Assembly (NCBI RefSeq): GCF_004010195.1
Contig: NC_057728.1
Coordinates: 53,114,904-53,148,538, forward strand
Origin: Chiloscyllium plagiosum
Lineage: Eukaryota
DNA: 33,635 bases
Reading direction: 5' to 3'
Shown one piece after another: positions 10,008 through 22,089 of the stretch; positions within the stretch are counted from its first letter, which is position 1, and each line of letters opens with the position of its first letter. The notes beneath the pieces are model-generated. The model did no database searches and was not told the origin of the DNA. It was given only the letters and a program-made list of their open reading frames with translations. The translations under genes and the position numbers were made by a program.

Positions 10008-10450
10008 TCCCATAACCTTGTCTGTCAAAAGTCTACTGAACTCAGCCTTGAATAAGAAAACTGATTGTTGACATCACATGCACACAGATATATGCACATA
10101 CACATATACTGACAAAAACACACACTTTCTCTTCAAGGAAATTGAGGAAAAATAATGCCAACAAAGTTCAGTCATGGTTCCAGATGAAGCTGATATGTTT
10201 GCTCCATAAAAAAAACTCAGATTTAAAGGTATGATTTTCTGATTTCAGCGGAGGTGAGATGGAAGGCAGGGAGACAATCTTAATTGGTCAAGTGGCATAA
10301 AATTAGGTTCTTGCCATTGGGATGAACACTCGCAATTAAGTTCTCCAATCTCAAAAGGTGGTTCAGCCTTCTCAGCAGTAGTTGGTGAGTAACGTCTAAA
10401 TATTAATATCTCAGTAAAAGCCCAACTCACTGGAATTACATTACCATTTT

Positions 10451-10702
10451 TTAGATTAGATTCCCTACAGTATGGAAGCAGGCCTTCAACCCAACAAGTC
10501 CACACTGACCCTCCAAAGAGTAACCCTACCCTATATTTAGCCCTAATAGACCTAAGACTAGGGGCAATTTAGTATGGCCAATTCACCTGACCTGCACATC
10601 TTTGGATTGTAGGAGGAAACCAGAACACCCAGAGGAGGTCCATGCAGACATGGGGAGAATGTGCAAACTCCAGTGCTAATTAGTGTGCCACTCTGCCACC
10701 CC
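10451..10702 (-). mobile_element. HE1/V-SINE-like SINE with internal deletion
   Basis: TTAGATTAGATT tail and GGGCAATTTAGTATGGCCAATTCACCTGACCTGCACATCTTTGG core match 8631-8943. The B-box region is missing. Confidence 0.85.
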
Positions 10703-10959
10703 ACTTTTGATCCACTTCTACCCAATCAAGAAACTCGATGCTTCAGATACCCAACTGTACTGAGCACGCATGTACTTTGCAACTGACACTTCTTCCTGAA
10801 TTCAGGGTAAGTATTTCAGGATAAGGTCATGAGGTCGGACAGAAGGCCTGTGACAAAGGGTGATTGAGCTGGATGGACATGTTTCTTTTAACGTCATGTC
10901 TTTTGTATTCTGCTGGCTGGAGGCCATTCTTTGGTCTGTGCTACACACTAACCCTAACG

Positions 10960-11240
10960 CATAGAATGCTTACAGTGTAGATGCATACCATTTGGTCCAT
11001 CGAGTCTGTACTGAACCTTTGAACAGCATTCCACCCAAACCCACGCACCCCACCGGTAATCCCACATTTATCATGGCTAATCCACCTAGACTGCACATCC
11101 CTGGATACTATGTGTCAATTTAGCATGGCCAATCCACCTAACCCACATATCTTTGGATTGTGGGAGGAAACTGAAGCACCTGGTGGAAACCCACACACAT
11201 ATAGGGAGCACGTGCAAACTCATGCACCATTGTACCATGC
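10960..11240 (-). mobile_element. HE1/V-SINE-like SINE, older copy
   Basis: CAATTTAGCATGGCCAATCCACCTAACC..CATATCTTTGGATTGTGGGAGGAAAC core. Confidence 0.8.
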
Positions 11241-11639
11241 AATGTCTGACTTGGATGTTTCTGCAATCTTGGAGCTTGACGTCATCATATAAATGGTCTT
11301 GAAGGTTTGGCCTAGCAGGGGACCGTAGCTATGTCATATACCTCAGACCAGTGGAACGGTCCTCTCCGAGGAGGTCATCCTCTGCGACCGAGTGCTGAGC
11401 TTCAGGATGGTTGCACATGAAGCTAGCTAGCCAGTTCAGCTGAAGCTACCCCAATGACCAATAGGGTAACAGTGTTGTAGCCAGATTTACCTCACATCCA
11501 TTGTCTCAGAAGAATTTCATTTTGCACTATTGTTTCAAATCAAGATTGTGTTTTTTATTTTGATCTGTTGGTAATGTGATCATGTTTTGATCTGTGACAG
11601 TTTTTGGACAAACCTGCCCTTTAAGCTAACTGCATGTAA

Positions 11640-12760
11640 TTGTAGCTGTCACGCAGTGTGTACTCCCATGGAGGGTGGCAGGCTTCTTGAACTCGCCTCA
11701 AGCAAAGAAGAGGCAGAATAGAGTGGTGACTGTGAAGACTTCCGTGGGCATCCTCTGGAGATCAGGGTATAGAGGGTCCTAATTTGCTGAGAGTCTTCTT
11801 CACAGTATGCTCCTCAGGCTGAGCTGCTGTATGCAATAGGGTCACTGAGAGAGAAGAGTTGGAGGGACAAGATACCCTATTGACACATTCTGGACGTCTT
11901 GAGAAGAAGGAACACCTGGAATGAGGGGTAATGTGCCTCATGCCTCTTGCCTTGTCATTGACGCTGTGCATCTATAGCTGGGCAGAGAGAGTGCATCTCC
12001 AGTAATCATTCTAGGTCTCCAAGGCAGCCCCACCATTTCTATGGAGGCAGCCAAGCACTTGCATACTAGAGTCATGACAGGAGTTAGAATTTGGATGGTC
12101 CTCTCCAAATAAGCTAGTGCCTCCTCCTCTCTGCCTGATATCCCCCTGCCTGTCTCTACAGATTGACAATGTCATTTCTGGCTGAGTGCAGACACATGTC
12201 TTCTGCGTGGTGCTGACCAGGTGTCTGGTCTCTGGTAGGCCTCTGTGTAACGACCTTGGATGTTTCTTCCTTAGCCAGCTGCGTTCATGATATACTGACC
12301 AGATTGTATCCCTGACTCTAACCTAGCTATAAGCACTCACCGAGGCGGCAGTGTCTGGTGGAGGGTGCAAGTGAATGCTGTGCCAATGTAGCCTTTGAGA
12401 ATTCATAGCCATCTTCCTCAGAGGTGCTGCTAGGTAGACGCTGCTGCTTTGGTGTTGTTGGCCACTTGTACCTGTAGAAAGAAAGATAATTAGTTGGTAA
12501 AGATACACAAAGACTTATGCAGGTAAATGTGTGAGACTGCCTGCATAACTGAGAAGAGCAACGTTCTTGGCTGGTTTCTCCTCTCACCCCTTTCTCTTCT
12601 CTGGAGCAGGATCAGATGTGGTCTTGACTATCAGCACCAATATCTGCTCCTTGTAGCAGGTGAGGATTCATATATCCAACACTCTTTGGCCAGTCTAGGC
12701 TGTGTCCTCCTTGTGTGGGTGATTTCTACTGCAGATAGAGAAGGGAAGGTTTCAGTGGAA
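11640..12760 (-). pseudogene. Decayed spliced ORF remnant, possibly the Myb/SANT-type gene of a PIF/Harbinger transposon
   Basis: Minus strand has two pyrimidine-tract+AG acceptors (AG at 12729-30 and 12472-73) and a possible 69-nt intron. A low-complexity SSTSEED..SLAPST segment is present. Stops and frameshifts throughout. Family assignment is from memory only. Confidence 0.3.
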
Positions 12761-13955
12761 TGTCAATAGATATGTGGGCACTTGATGAGCATGCAGAGCT
12801 CTATCAGGTGGTGAATCCACCACACAAAGTAGGAAGTGCAGTAGGAAAAGTTAAAACATTGACAGCAAGAGGCAGCTATCATCCCTGCCATAGCTAGTCA
12901 TGTGATGAAATCTGCAGGAACACATTTAGTTATAGTTAGTAATTCCAAAGGAAACACGCCAAAAGGGTGTCACCAGGCCACTTGATACTTCCACTGCCAC
13001 CCTCCCCCACATTATTTTCCATCCTCTTGATAAAGGCTGCAATTTGATGAGCCTTTCGTATTTTTCCAGCTTGGAGGAAGGGGCTGGGATTTAAGGAATC
13101 CATCGGTAATGGGGAAAGGTTTGGAGGACAGAGGAAAACGGCATTGATGCTTTGGCTGGGGAAGAGCCAAGCCGACTGAGGTCAGCCTGGTGTCAGAGAA
13201 GCCTCTTTGAGCCACTGTGAACAAAAACACTGCCAGACACACAAAGAGGTTGTGTTCGAGACAAGGTCAGAAAAGGACTCCAGCCGCTGATAAACAAAGA
13301 TAAAGACGGGAGTAAACGTTTGCCAAAAAATAGGTCAGCAGCTGCAAGTTTGAAACCCAGTCCTAGTCTTTGTTTGTTCTTTCCATCACATGGCCTCTCG
13401 CAACATCCAGATCTTGCTATGAGCTGCTGCTGGAAATGACAGACATTATTATCTAACATGGTTATATTTGTTCATACCCCACCAACCAACATCACAGAAA
13501 GCTGACATCATCCAGAAGGCAGAATGAAAGAAGCTGCTTGTAACGTTGGATTTTCATCTTGTCAGGGACTATACCATCCAAACATCATTTTTTTTAAGCA
13601 GTTAGCAACTTGCGCTGTTTTTTCTTCAGTTGGTTGAATTTTTAAACGTACTTTTAAAGCTTGAAAAGCATAGGATCAAATGACTCTCTTTATTCTTCCA
13701 GGGGATGTGGGTGTCACTGGCAAGGCTGACATTCGTTCATCATCCTTAATTGTTCTTACACTGAGGGGCTTACTAGGCCATTTCCGAGTCAACTGCATTG
13801 CTGTAGATCTTTTATTCAGAGATTTTGTTCATTTTGAGTTCTGTTTGCTGTGTTTTATAGCGGCTGTTTGAAACAGACCCTGCGGGTTGTGTGCTGTAGC
13901 ATTCTGTCTAACTAGGAACAGCCAACTCAGTGAGTGAACCCTGCTGCAGGACTGA

Positions 13956-14026
13956 CTGTCCATTGTGAGTCTACCTTGCCGACTTCATTGAGTTGAAAGT
14001 GGGCAAGGTGGACTCACAATGGACAG
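13956..14026. repeat. 71-bp inverted repeat (30-bp arms, 11-nt loop) flanked by a CTGA direct repeat; MITE-like or pre-miRNA-like hairpin
   Basis: CTGTCCATTGTGAGTCTACCTTGCCGACTT (13956-13985) vs AAGTGGGCAAGGTGGACTCACAATGGACAG (13997-14026), 28/30 complementary. CTGA at 13952-55 and 14027-30. Confidence 0.85.
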
Positions 14027-14099
14027 CTGACAAAGCAGTATCAACACTAAGCAGGTCAATAGAAGTGGTGTGAGCTTACAAGGCAGTGAATCCAGACTT

Positions 14100-14746
14100 G
14101 CCCAGACAGCCTCAGGTGCACCTGTACCACAGTCACTGCTGCAGATGTCAGTTTGGCCTTAGGGTAAACCCACAGAAAGCGACTGGCCCGAATGGAGTCC
14201 CCAGGCGTGTACTCAGAACTTGCGGGGACCAACTGGCAGGAGTATTTGCAGACATCTTTAACTCTCCTTACTCAGATTGGAAGGTCCCACCTGTTTCAAG
14301 ATAACCACTACCACCGAGTGGCTCTGATATTCACTTCAAGAGATTAGTAATAGCACACATCGACTCCAACCTCCGGGATTGCCCTGATCCATTACAATTC
14401 ACCTACCATCACAATAGGTACACAGCAGACAGCTCTCCAGTTCTACACTCATCTACACAGTTCACACAGTTTCATTTTTCTTGACTTTAGCTCTGCCTTC
14501 AACACTATCATTCCAACCAACCGCATCTCCAAACTCAAGGAGACCTAGGACTCTGTTCCCCCGTCTGCAACTGGATCCTTGGTTTCCTGACCCGCAGACC
14601 ACAATAAGTAATAATAGGCAATAACACCTCCTCCATAATAATCCTTAACACTGGTGCCCTGCAAAGTTGCATACTCAGCCCCTTACTATACTCCTCATAC
14701 ACTCAACTGTGTGGCCAAATTCTGCTCTAATTCCATTTACAAGTTT
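14100..14746 (+). mobile_element. Rex1/Babar-type LINE reverse transcriptase fragment (decayed)
   Basis: RVNPQKATGPNGVPRRVLRTCGDQLAGVFADIFN, then frameshifted DPLQFTY, FLDFSSAFNTI, CNWILGFLTRRPQ, ILNTGA.Q, LSPLLY and CVAKFCSNSIYKF. Confidence 0.88.
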
Positions 14747-15062
14747 GGCACAGTGGCTCAGTGGTTATCACTGCTGCCTTACAGCGCCAGGGACCCAGAT
14801 TCCATTCCAGACTCGGGTGGAGTCTGTGTGGAGCTTGCGCATTCTCTCTGTCTGCGTGAGTTTCCTCCTACAGTCCAATGATGTGCAGGTTAGGTGAATC
14901 GGCCATGCTAAATTGCCCATAGTGTTCAGGGATGTGTAGGCTAGGTGCATTAGTTAGGGGAAATGTAGAGTAATAAGGTAGGGAAATGGGTCTGGGTGGG
15001 ATACTCTTCGGAGGGTCGATGTGGACTTGTTTCCACACTGTGGGGATTCTATGATTCTATGA
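14747..15062 (+). mobile_element. HE1/V-SINE-like SINE
   Basis: Starts GGCACAGTGGCTCAGTGGTTATCACTGCTGCC, has the core GGCCATGCTAAATTGCCC and ends in a TTCTATGATTCTATGA tail. Confidence 0.9.
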
Positions 15063-16699
15063 ATTCAGCTGTTGAGATAACGGAACCTGACACTTTCTGA
15101 TTAAAAACTCATTCAGTTGTAATATGGGATGCTGCTGGCAATTTGAGAAATGCTGAATTGCCTTTCAGAAGGTGGTGGTGGGCTGATTCCTTGAGCCCAT
15201 GTTGTGAATGCAGTTCCACAATGCGATTAGCTGGGGAGGGCCAGGGTATACTCAGTCAGGACGTTACGTGATTTGTGGGGGAGTTCTGAACCTGTGGTGT
15301 TCCCTCCTATTTGCTGCCCTGACCTGAAGTGGGCAATTCACAGATGTCCCATCCTCCAAAATCTAGTTTAAACACATATTTCGCTACATGGTACTCGCTG
15401 ATAATCACAACTGTGCATGCTGATAACTTGTATTTATTCTTGTTTTTTGGGTAACTAACAGGGTTTTTTTTCCATTTTTTTAATTACAGAATGTATAACT
15501 AATATTTCAATAAGAGTTGGTGATGCGCAGAGCTGAAATGCTGCTAGGCAATCTTGCACAAATGGTGTTTCAACAATATATATTTGCTTAGTTCTCTCTC
15601 TGTCAATTGATTTCTGGTTTCTTTGTTCTCCTCTGCCTTCCCCTCTCCTCTGATGCCTTCTGTTTCTGTTCTCTGCAATTTTCCAGGCACAAGCATTATT
15701 TACCATTCCAGACTGCTTCATGATCTCAGGATCCTTTGTTGTAATCTTTGCAGTACAATAGAAAGTGAAGACTTACATTTATATTTCAGTGACTAAGTGA
15801 CAAACAGAATGGTAATGAGCCAGGAAGGAGCATGAGATGATAATGGAGTAAGTATAGAAACACAAGGCAATAGGCAATATAGCTGATGAAAGTGGAATAC
15901 AGACCTCATTCCTTAATTCATTTAGTTCACTGACATCTCACTCTCTGGTTTTGCAGTAGTTGGGGAGCTGACCACATCTCCTACACCTTATGCTGAAACC
16001 AAAATTCTTTCTTTTTCACAGATTCTGCCTGACTTGTTTGGAGTTTCCTGTCTTCATTTCAGATTTCCAACATCCACAGTTTTTTGCTTAGAGTTAATGA
16101 GAATCTGAATGGATTGAAAAAAGTCTCTTGTTCAATCAAAGATGGAGTGAATATTCAGTTTCACCAGTTTCACTTTTTAACATCCTATTATCATAGGGAT
16201 AACAAAACATGGAATAGGAGCATGGTCCCTGGTTATTCCTGCCAGGATATTTAGAAACAAGTATATTTCTAGCTATAACAAATAGAGAATGCTGGAGCAA
16301 CTTAGCGGGGCAGGCAGCATCTTTGAACAGAGAAACAAAGTTAGGTATGACACTTGTTCCTCTTCATAGAAAATGAAAAAATAACATTCCTATTTTTTTT
16401 TTCTCACAGATTTAGCCATTAGCATTATCCTGCAAATTAATCTTTCCTCGTTGGGGTGTCCAGGGCATCTCTCGAAGGTTGACAACAGCTACCTGTGCTC
16501 CCCCAACTCAGATATCAAACAACTATGATGTGGAATACTTTCTGTGTGCTAACAGACGGTGGTGTGTAGACAGTAGGGAATCAGAGAGCCAATCAAGGTC
16601 TTAGACAATCTGACTTTTCCCCAGTCCCCAGCTCCAGCGAGTCACGACTCCTTGCCTCTGGCGAGCGACAATTCCGCCTTTGGTGAGCGATGATTCCCA

Positions 16700-17080
16700 G
16701 CCAGGTGCAACGGCTTCATCTAGTACAGGCCACTTGGTGTGATGACCTTCCAGCCTCCTGCATTAGCCTCCTCCTATAGGGATCTCCTGGCATGGCATGG
16801 TGATCACACAGCCTGGCGCAGTGGCCTCCCGACATGGTGTGTTGCTGGCGTGGTGTGGAGCCAGGGCCCAGTGCAGACTGGAAGCTAAGGGCCAGTGTGG
16901 TCTGCTGTACTGAACTCTTCTGTAATGCTGGACATTTTAGTCCTGTATTGTTTAAAATTTTCCAACTAAAGAAGCTGTGCCTATGTATTTTTGTATCTAA
17001 GTTGGCGCTGTAACTGGCGACATATAAACTTTTAATTATACTCATTGAGTATATGTGACAACAAAGGCTATTCTATTCTA
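16700..17080 (+). mobile_element. Non-LTR element 3' end with (TATTC)n tail; a second copy lies on the minus strand at ~23535-23780
   Basis: CTGTGCCTATGTATTTTTGTATCTAAG...ACTCATTGAGTATATGTGACAACAAAGGCTATTCTATTCTA is similar to the reverse complement of 23535-23645. The 5' boundary is uncertain. Confidence 0.55.
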
Positions 17081-17769
17081 CTGTTCCCGGACAACAATCC
17101 ATTCTTCATCTTCGGGAAAGGAGCTAATTTGTAGGACTGATTTGCTACCCAAGATTGGGCTATTGTGAAGCCTTTGACAAAACAGTGCTGTTGGAAGGTT
17201 CTGGAAAATAACTTGACAAAGCCATCTGCTTCCATTCTGCTTGAATACACCTGCTCAGTGAAGCAGCACACTTCACAGACATTAGCATGAGACACGGAAC
17301 AAAACCTGAACAGAAGGATTAGCAAAATGACAGCAGCTTGTTATGGATTATAAAGTTGTCCTTACATTTCAGAACAATGGCTTTAGGACCACCACCACCA
17401 CCTCAACTTCACCAAACACACTGAGAAAGATCTCACCAAAGATCTCTGACAGATAGCAAGCTGTGATTAAATTCCCCACAATCGATTTTTTAAACCTAAT
17501 TGCACTTGTTTGAATAATGTTCACTGGCACATATTGCCTGTTCTCACAGAGTATTTCAAAAGAAAACCTATTGATCTGTGATACAGGATGTTTGCTGGGT
17601 TCTTTAGAAGATTGTAGCCCAGTTTGACAATGACATTCAGGTTCTTCAGCAATTCCAGGGTCCACAGGCACTGCTAAAATGATGTTATCACTTCTTTTAT
17701 ATAGGTCCTAGCCCCTTGTAGCAGTTCAACTGACATGGCCATGGGTTTAAGTCTTATATGTGCAACAAT

Positions 17770-18110
17770 TTTAGCACAAAAAATAATTTAGGCTGAAATT
17801 TAGTTCAGTGCTGAGGAGGTGTGGAGCTGCCAATGGGTGCTGTCTTTCGGATGAGGTGTCAAACTGATGCCTCCTCTGAAATCGCAGTGCAACTTTGAAG
17901 GAAAGCAATGGAGTAATCCCTGGTGTCCTAACCAATATTTATCCCTTGGTCAACATTAATTTGGCCATTATCTCGTTGCTGCTTATGGGAGCTTGCTGTG
18001 CACAATTTGGCTGCTGCATCACAACAATGGTGACAGCTCTGAAGTACTTAATGGGTGGCAAAATATTCAGAGGTTCAGAAAGGTGCTGTATAAATATAAG
18101 TCTTTCTGTT
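17770..18110 (+). mobile_element. Deu-domain SINE (SacSINE1/AmnSINE1-like)
   Basis: GGTGCTGTCTTTCGGATGAG...CCCTGGTGTCCTAACCAATATTTATCCC...GGGAGCTTGCTGTGCACAATTTGGCTGCTG...TATAAATATAAGTCTTTC matches my recollection of the Deu domain. Other copies at ~23830-24070 and ~28170-28400 (-). Confidence 0.75.
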
Positions 18111-18139
18111 TTGTGCATTGTTTTGTAATTAGTCTGAGA

Positions 18140-18505
18140 ACAGAGGATGGTGGTGTTGTGGTTGTGCTGATAGGCTAATAATCCAGACAGTGTAGGTTCA
18201 AATTCCATCATGACCATTTGAAAAATTGAACACATTTGGATTAAATTTAAGTCTGAGAATAAATTTTAAAAATCTGGTATTGGTCAAAAGTGACAATGAA
18301 GTTGTTAGATAGTCATTAAAACTCAGTAGTGCCCTTCAAGGATGGAAATCCCCAGTTTGCCAGAGGCCAGATCCACAGCAATGTAAGTAACTCTTAACAG
18401 CCATTCAGAGTGAGTGAGAAAACAATTCAGTTAGTAACAGCAAGATGACTTGAGATGGGCAGTAGCTGTTGGCCTTTCCAATGACACTGATATCCCAAGA
18501 ACAAA
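18140..18505 (+). mobile_element. SINE family B copy (+)
   Basis: CTAATAATCCAGAC..GGTTCAAATTCC B box, CCACAGCAATGT..ACTCTTAAC and GATGGGCA..GGCCTTTCCAATGACAC tail. Further copies at 18725-19085 (-) and ~21540-21750 (+). Confidence 0.7.
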
Positions 18506-19864
18506 TTAAAACAAATACAAAATGGCAAAACATTCAATCTTTATGGCTCCTGCCCAAATCTAGACTGCCATCCATCACACATATGCCAAGGATGAAAGGA
18601 AAGCTACCTACTAGTTAACCAATTTAAAGACAGACTCTGGAATGAGGGAGGGGTATTCTTACGAGAGGCAAGGGTCCATGAACTTGCTTATTTCTATCTG
18701 TTATGAGGACTCACTATTTTTGTTTCCTTTCATGTGATGTGGGCATTACCAGCAAAACCAGTGTTTGTTCCCCATCCTTAATTGCCCTTGAATTGAATGA
18801 ATTGCTCAACCAGTACAGTTAAGTGTTAACCATGTTGCAATGTGTCTGGAGTCACTTGTAGCCTAGATCAGGTAAGATAAGCAGATTTGCTTCCCTAAGG
18901 GAGATCAGTAAACCAGATGGGTTTTCATAATCATCAATGATAATTATCATGGTTACTGTTATGGTGACTCCTATTATATACCAGATTTCTAAACTGAATT
19001 TGAATTCCACCAGCTTAAATAGTGGAATCTGAACCCATACACATTGTTATGAGTCCAGCAACTTTGCTAATGCACCACCACTTCCCCCAGTTGAAGTTTA
19101 TCTGAGACCAAAGATGTATTGCCTGGAGAGATTAGGCAGAGTAGGCCAATGTTGTGCTGCTCAGTCCCATAGTATTGCACCTGCTATCTTTACAAAACAG
19201 GAATATGTGTTTGGAGTAAATGATGAATTATATTCCAGCTATGAGCATATCTGTCAAACGTGTCACTTATCAAGACCCATTATAATCCCCTCATTATGTC
19301 AATGCGAGTCAGACTAAACGTACAATAATTGGAGTCATTTTTCATGCCCTGCATCATTTTGCTCTGCGTGCTCCCGTTTTCATTACCACCGCTGTTAATC
19401 TATCCATTTTTCCTTTGTGTGTTGGACTCTGGCCAGTCTAGATATTGCACAATAATCTCTTCAATCACTCGCAGACTGTCAAAGGTGTTTTAAATAGAAA
19501 CGATACTTTTGTGAACACAAAAGGCCTCTACAAATCTATTTCTTTCAAGAGTCGACCTTGATATGGCTTTAACCATTTTAAAAGAATTATCAGAAAATCC
19601 CCTCTTTAGGACAGAGAGTAAGATTATCTTTTTTAAATAAAAGGTTGTGCTGCTATGGAATGTGTGATCAGGGAATGTACCAACATTTAGAAAAAGGTTA
19701 GACAGGTGGTTTGAGAAAAAGGTGTGAAGGTGAAATTAGAACACAGAGTTAAGACTAGCACACACCTGCAGGATAAGCACAAAAATAACTTGCATTCATA
19801 TAGTGCCTTTCACCGGACCATTATAAAATACTTAACACCCAGTGAAGTACGCTTTGAAGTATAG

Positions 19865-20886
19865 TGTCACAACTGTGTAATAACTATATGATACATTTTA
19901 TAAGAAGGGGCAATCTTACTTGAAAACGGACATAGAGCTTTACAAAATGGCTGTCACGTACTATGACTACTCTTATGACTACAGCTGGGACTGGAACTAG
20001 ACGACATTGTCCTGTGGAAGAATTCACAAGTGACATTTTGAAACTCAGTGAACTTTTTCAAGAGTAAACTGGCATTGGATTCTCAGGAGGTGGGAATAGC
20101 TCTTCTGACAATGACAGCCATCCAACTGAATGGCTGGACCAGTTAAAATAAAATCTCAACCAAACAGGACTGGATGTATTTTCTACTCCAGTCCTAGCCA
20201 ACCCAGTACATAATGGAGAAACGTGATCCACCATTTTTGGGATAGCAACTATTTTAAGTTTGTATTACACAGGCTGTGATCAATCATTCTGTGTGGAACC
20301 CTCTCAGGAAGAACTCTGACAGACTCCATTATACAGACTGTTCTTAGCCAAAAGGTGCACAAGAAGGGAGACAAAGAAAACTCAATTTCTGTTCTGCAGA
20401 GTCCAGTCAATCCAAAAATGTTGCAACCACAGAACAAATGAAGAACAAGAAACATCTTATCCTCCCAAATCTCATCAACTCAAGAAATCTACCTGAACAG
20501 GCAGCCACCAATTATTCAACTACAGAAGCTGTAGCATTTTCTAAATTTGACTTCAAGATTTAACATTGTCACTTTGGAAAGTAAAACTTCAACAAGTAAC
20601 AGGCTTGTATCAGTATTAGAGTCTGATTTTACTTTCATCTTAAGTACCTAGTATCTTTAACTACTTTCAATTTTTATAAAATATTTTACTTAATTGCTTT
20701 ATCACTTTTAATTTGAAATAACTACAGCAGTAGTTCTGAAATAAAGTAACCTTTATTTTGTTTAAGATTATAGATCTGCTGGTTCTTTTTAAAACTGAAA
20801 CAGTTGTAAACTAAAAGGTTATAAATGAGCTGTGCAAATGTGTAGTTCATGGACCACTCTGAGGACACCATAGTGTGGTTGTGACA
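19865..20886 (+). mobile_element. Probable solo LTR (~1.02 kb, Gypsy-like TGT...ACA termini)
   Basis: Perfect 9-bp terminal inverted repeat TGTCACAAC / GTTGTGACA and AATAAA at 20740-20745. It splits a Deu-SINE (TTTGAAGTATAG | ..GACTGTTGTAATGCAGGAAATGCAGCA). No clean TSD. Confidence 0.65.
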
Positions 20887-22089
20887 GTTATGACTGTTGT
20901 AATGCAGGAAATGCAGCAACTGATTTACACACAGGATGCATTTGTCATATGCCAAGGATGAAAAGAAAGGGACCTACTGGTTAACTAATCTAAAGATAGT
21001 TTTTGGAATGAGGAAGGGGTAGGAGAGGATATTCTTATGAAGAGCAAGGGTGCATCAACTGGCTTATTTCTATCTGTTATCAGGAAGTAATCAGGTGTTT
21101 TGGTTTCCCTTCATGGAATATGGGCATCACCAGCAAAACCAACATTTCTTTCTCATCCCTAACTGCCCTTGAACTGAGTGAATCAATCAGGTGATGTAAC
21201 AAATCTATTCTCATACCTGAGATCTCTGTTAGAAGGTAACTCTTGAACCACATGATATAGCCCATGTGGGATAGTGACTCTTTATGGAGGTACTTCATCC
21301 TCCTCCAGCAGCTAGCTTCAATAGATGCAGATCGTTGTAAGTCCAGAAGCCATTGGGCAACCACAATCACTGCATTGTCAAAGCAACTGGTGTTGGGGCA
21401 TTTCAGACTGTTGATTCACTGAATGACTTGGTGCCAAAATTCTCAGAGCAATTAACAGCCACACCCTAAACAAAATTCAATATTTTCCTGTGACACAACC
21501 AAGCTCATGTTTGGTCATTCAATGTTATGGAAGAATACCGATGGTAATTTAATCTGGTTTACTCATGCCCTGTAAGGAAGGAAACCTGCATCCTTACATG
21601 GTCTGGTTTACATGTGATTCAAGATGCACAGCAATGTGGTTGACTCTTAACTGCTCTCTGAAATGGTCTTAGCAAGTTACTCAGTTCAAGGGCGATTAGG
21701 GTTGTGCAATAAACGCAGTGCTTGCTAGCAAAATCCATCTTATGGCAGTATGAAGAAAATCACAGGAATGGATATCATTTAGTCTGTAGCCTGTTTGCAG
21801 TCATAATTCCAACTGCAAGTAGTCATGTATAATGCATATGCAAATATGTGTTTCAATAAACAAATCCTTTGACCTCCTCTGGAAGGAAATAAAGCAGCAT
21901 TTATTGCATCTTTCTGTCATTACAGTTCATACCATTGTTTCAGTCGGCCATACACTCATTCCAATTTGCATGCACACAATGCAGCATCCAAGATGGGATG
22001 ATCTATAATTCCATATCATAACCCACCCCCACAATGTTTTCTCTACCCATTGAGGTCTGCAAGAAAAATGTGCCATCAAAACAAGATTT

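Noticed and set aside
10075..10125. CA/TA-rich tract
   Set aside because: An ordinary decayed microsatellite.
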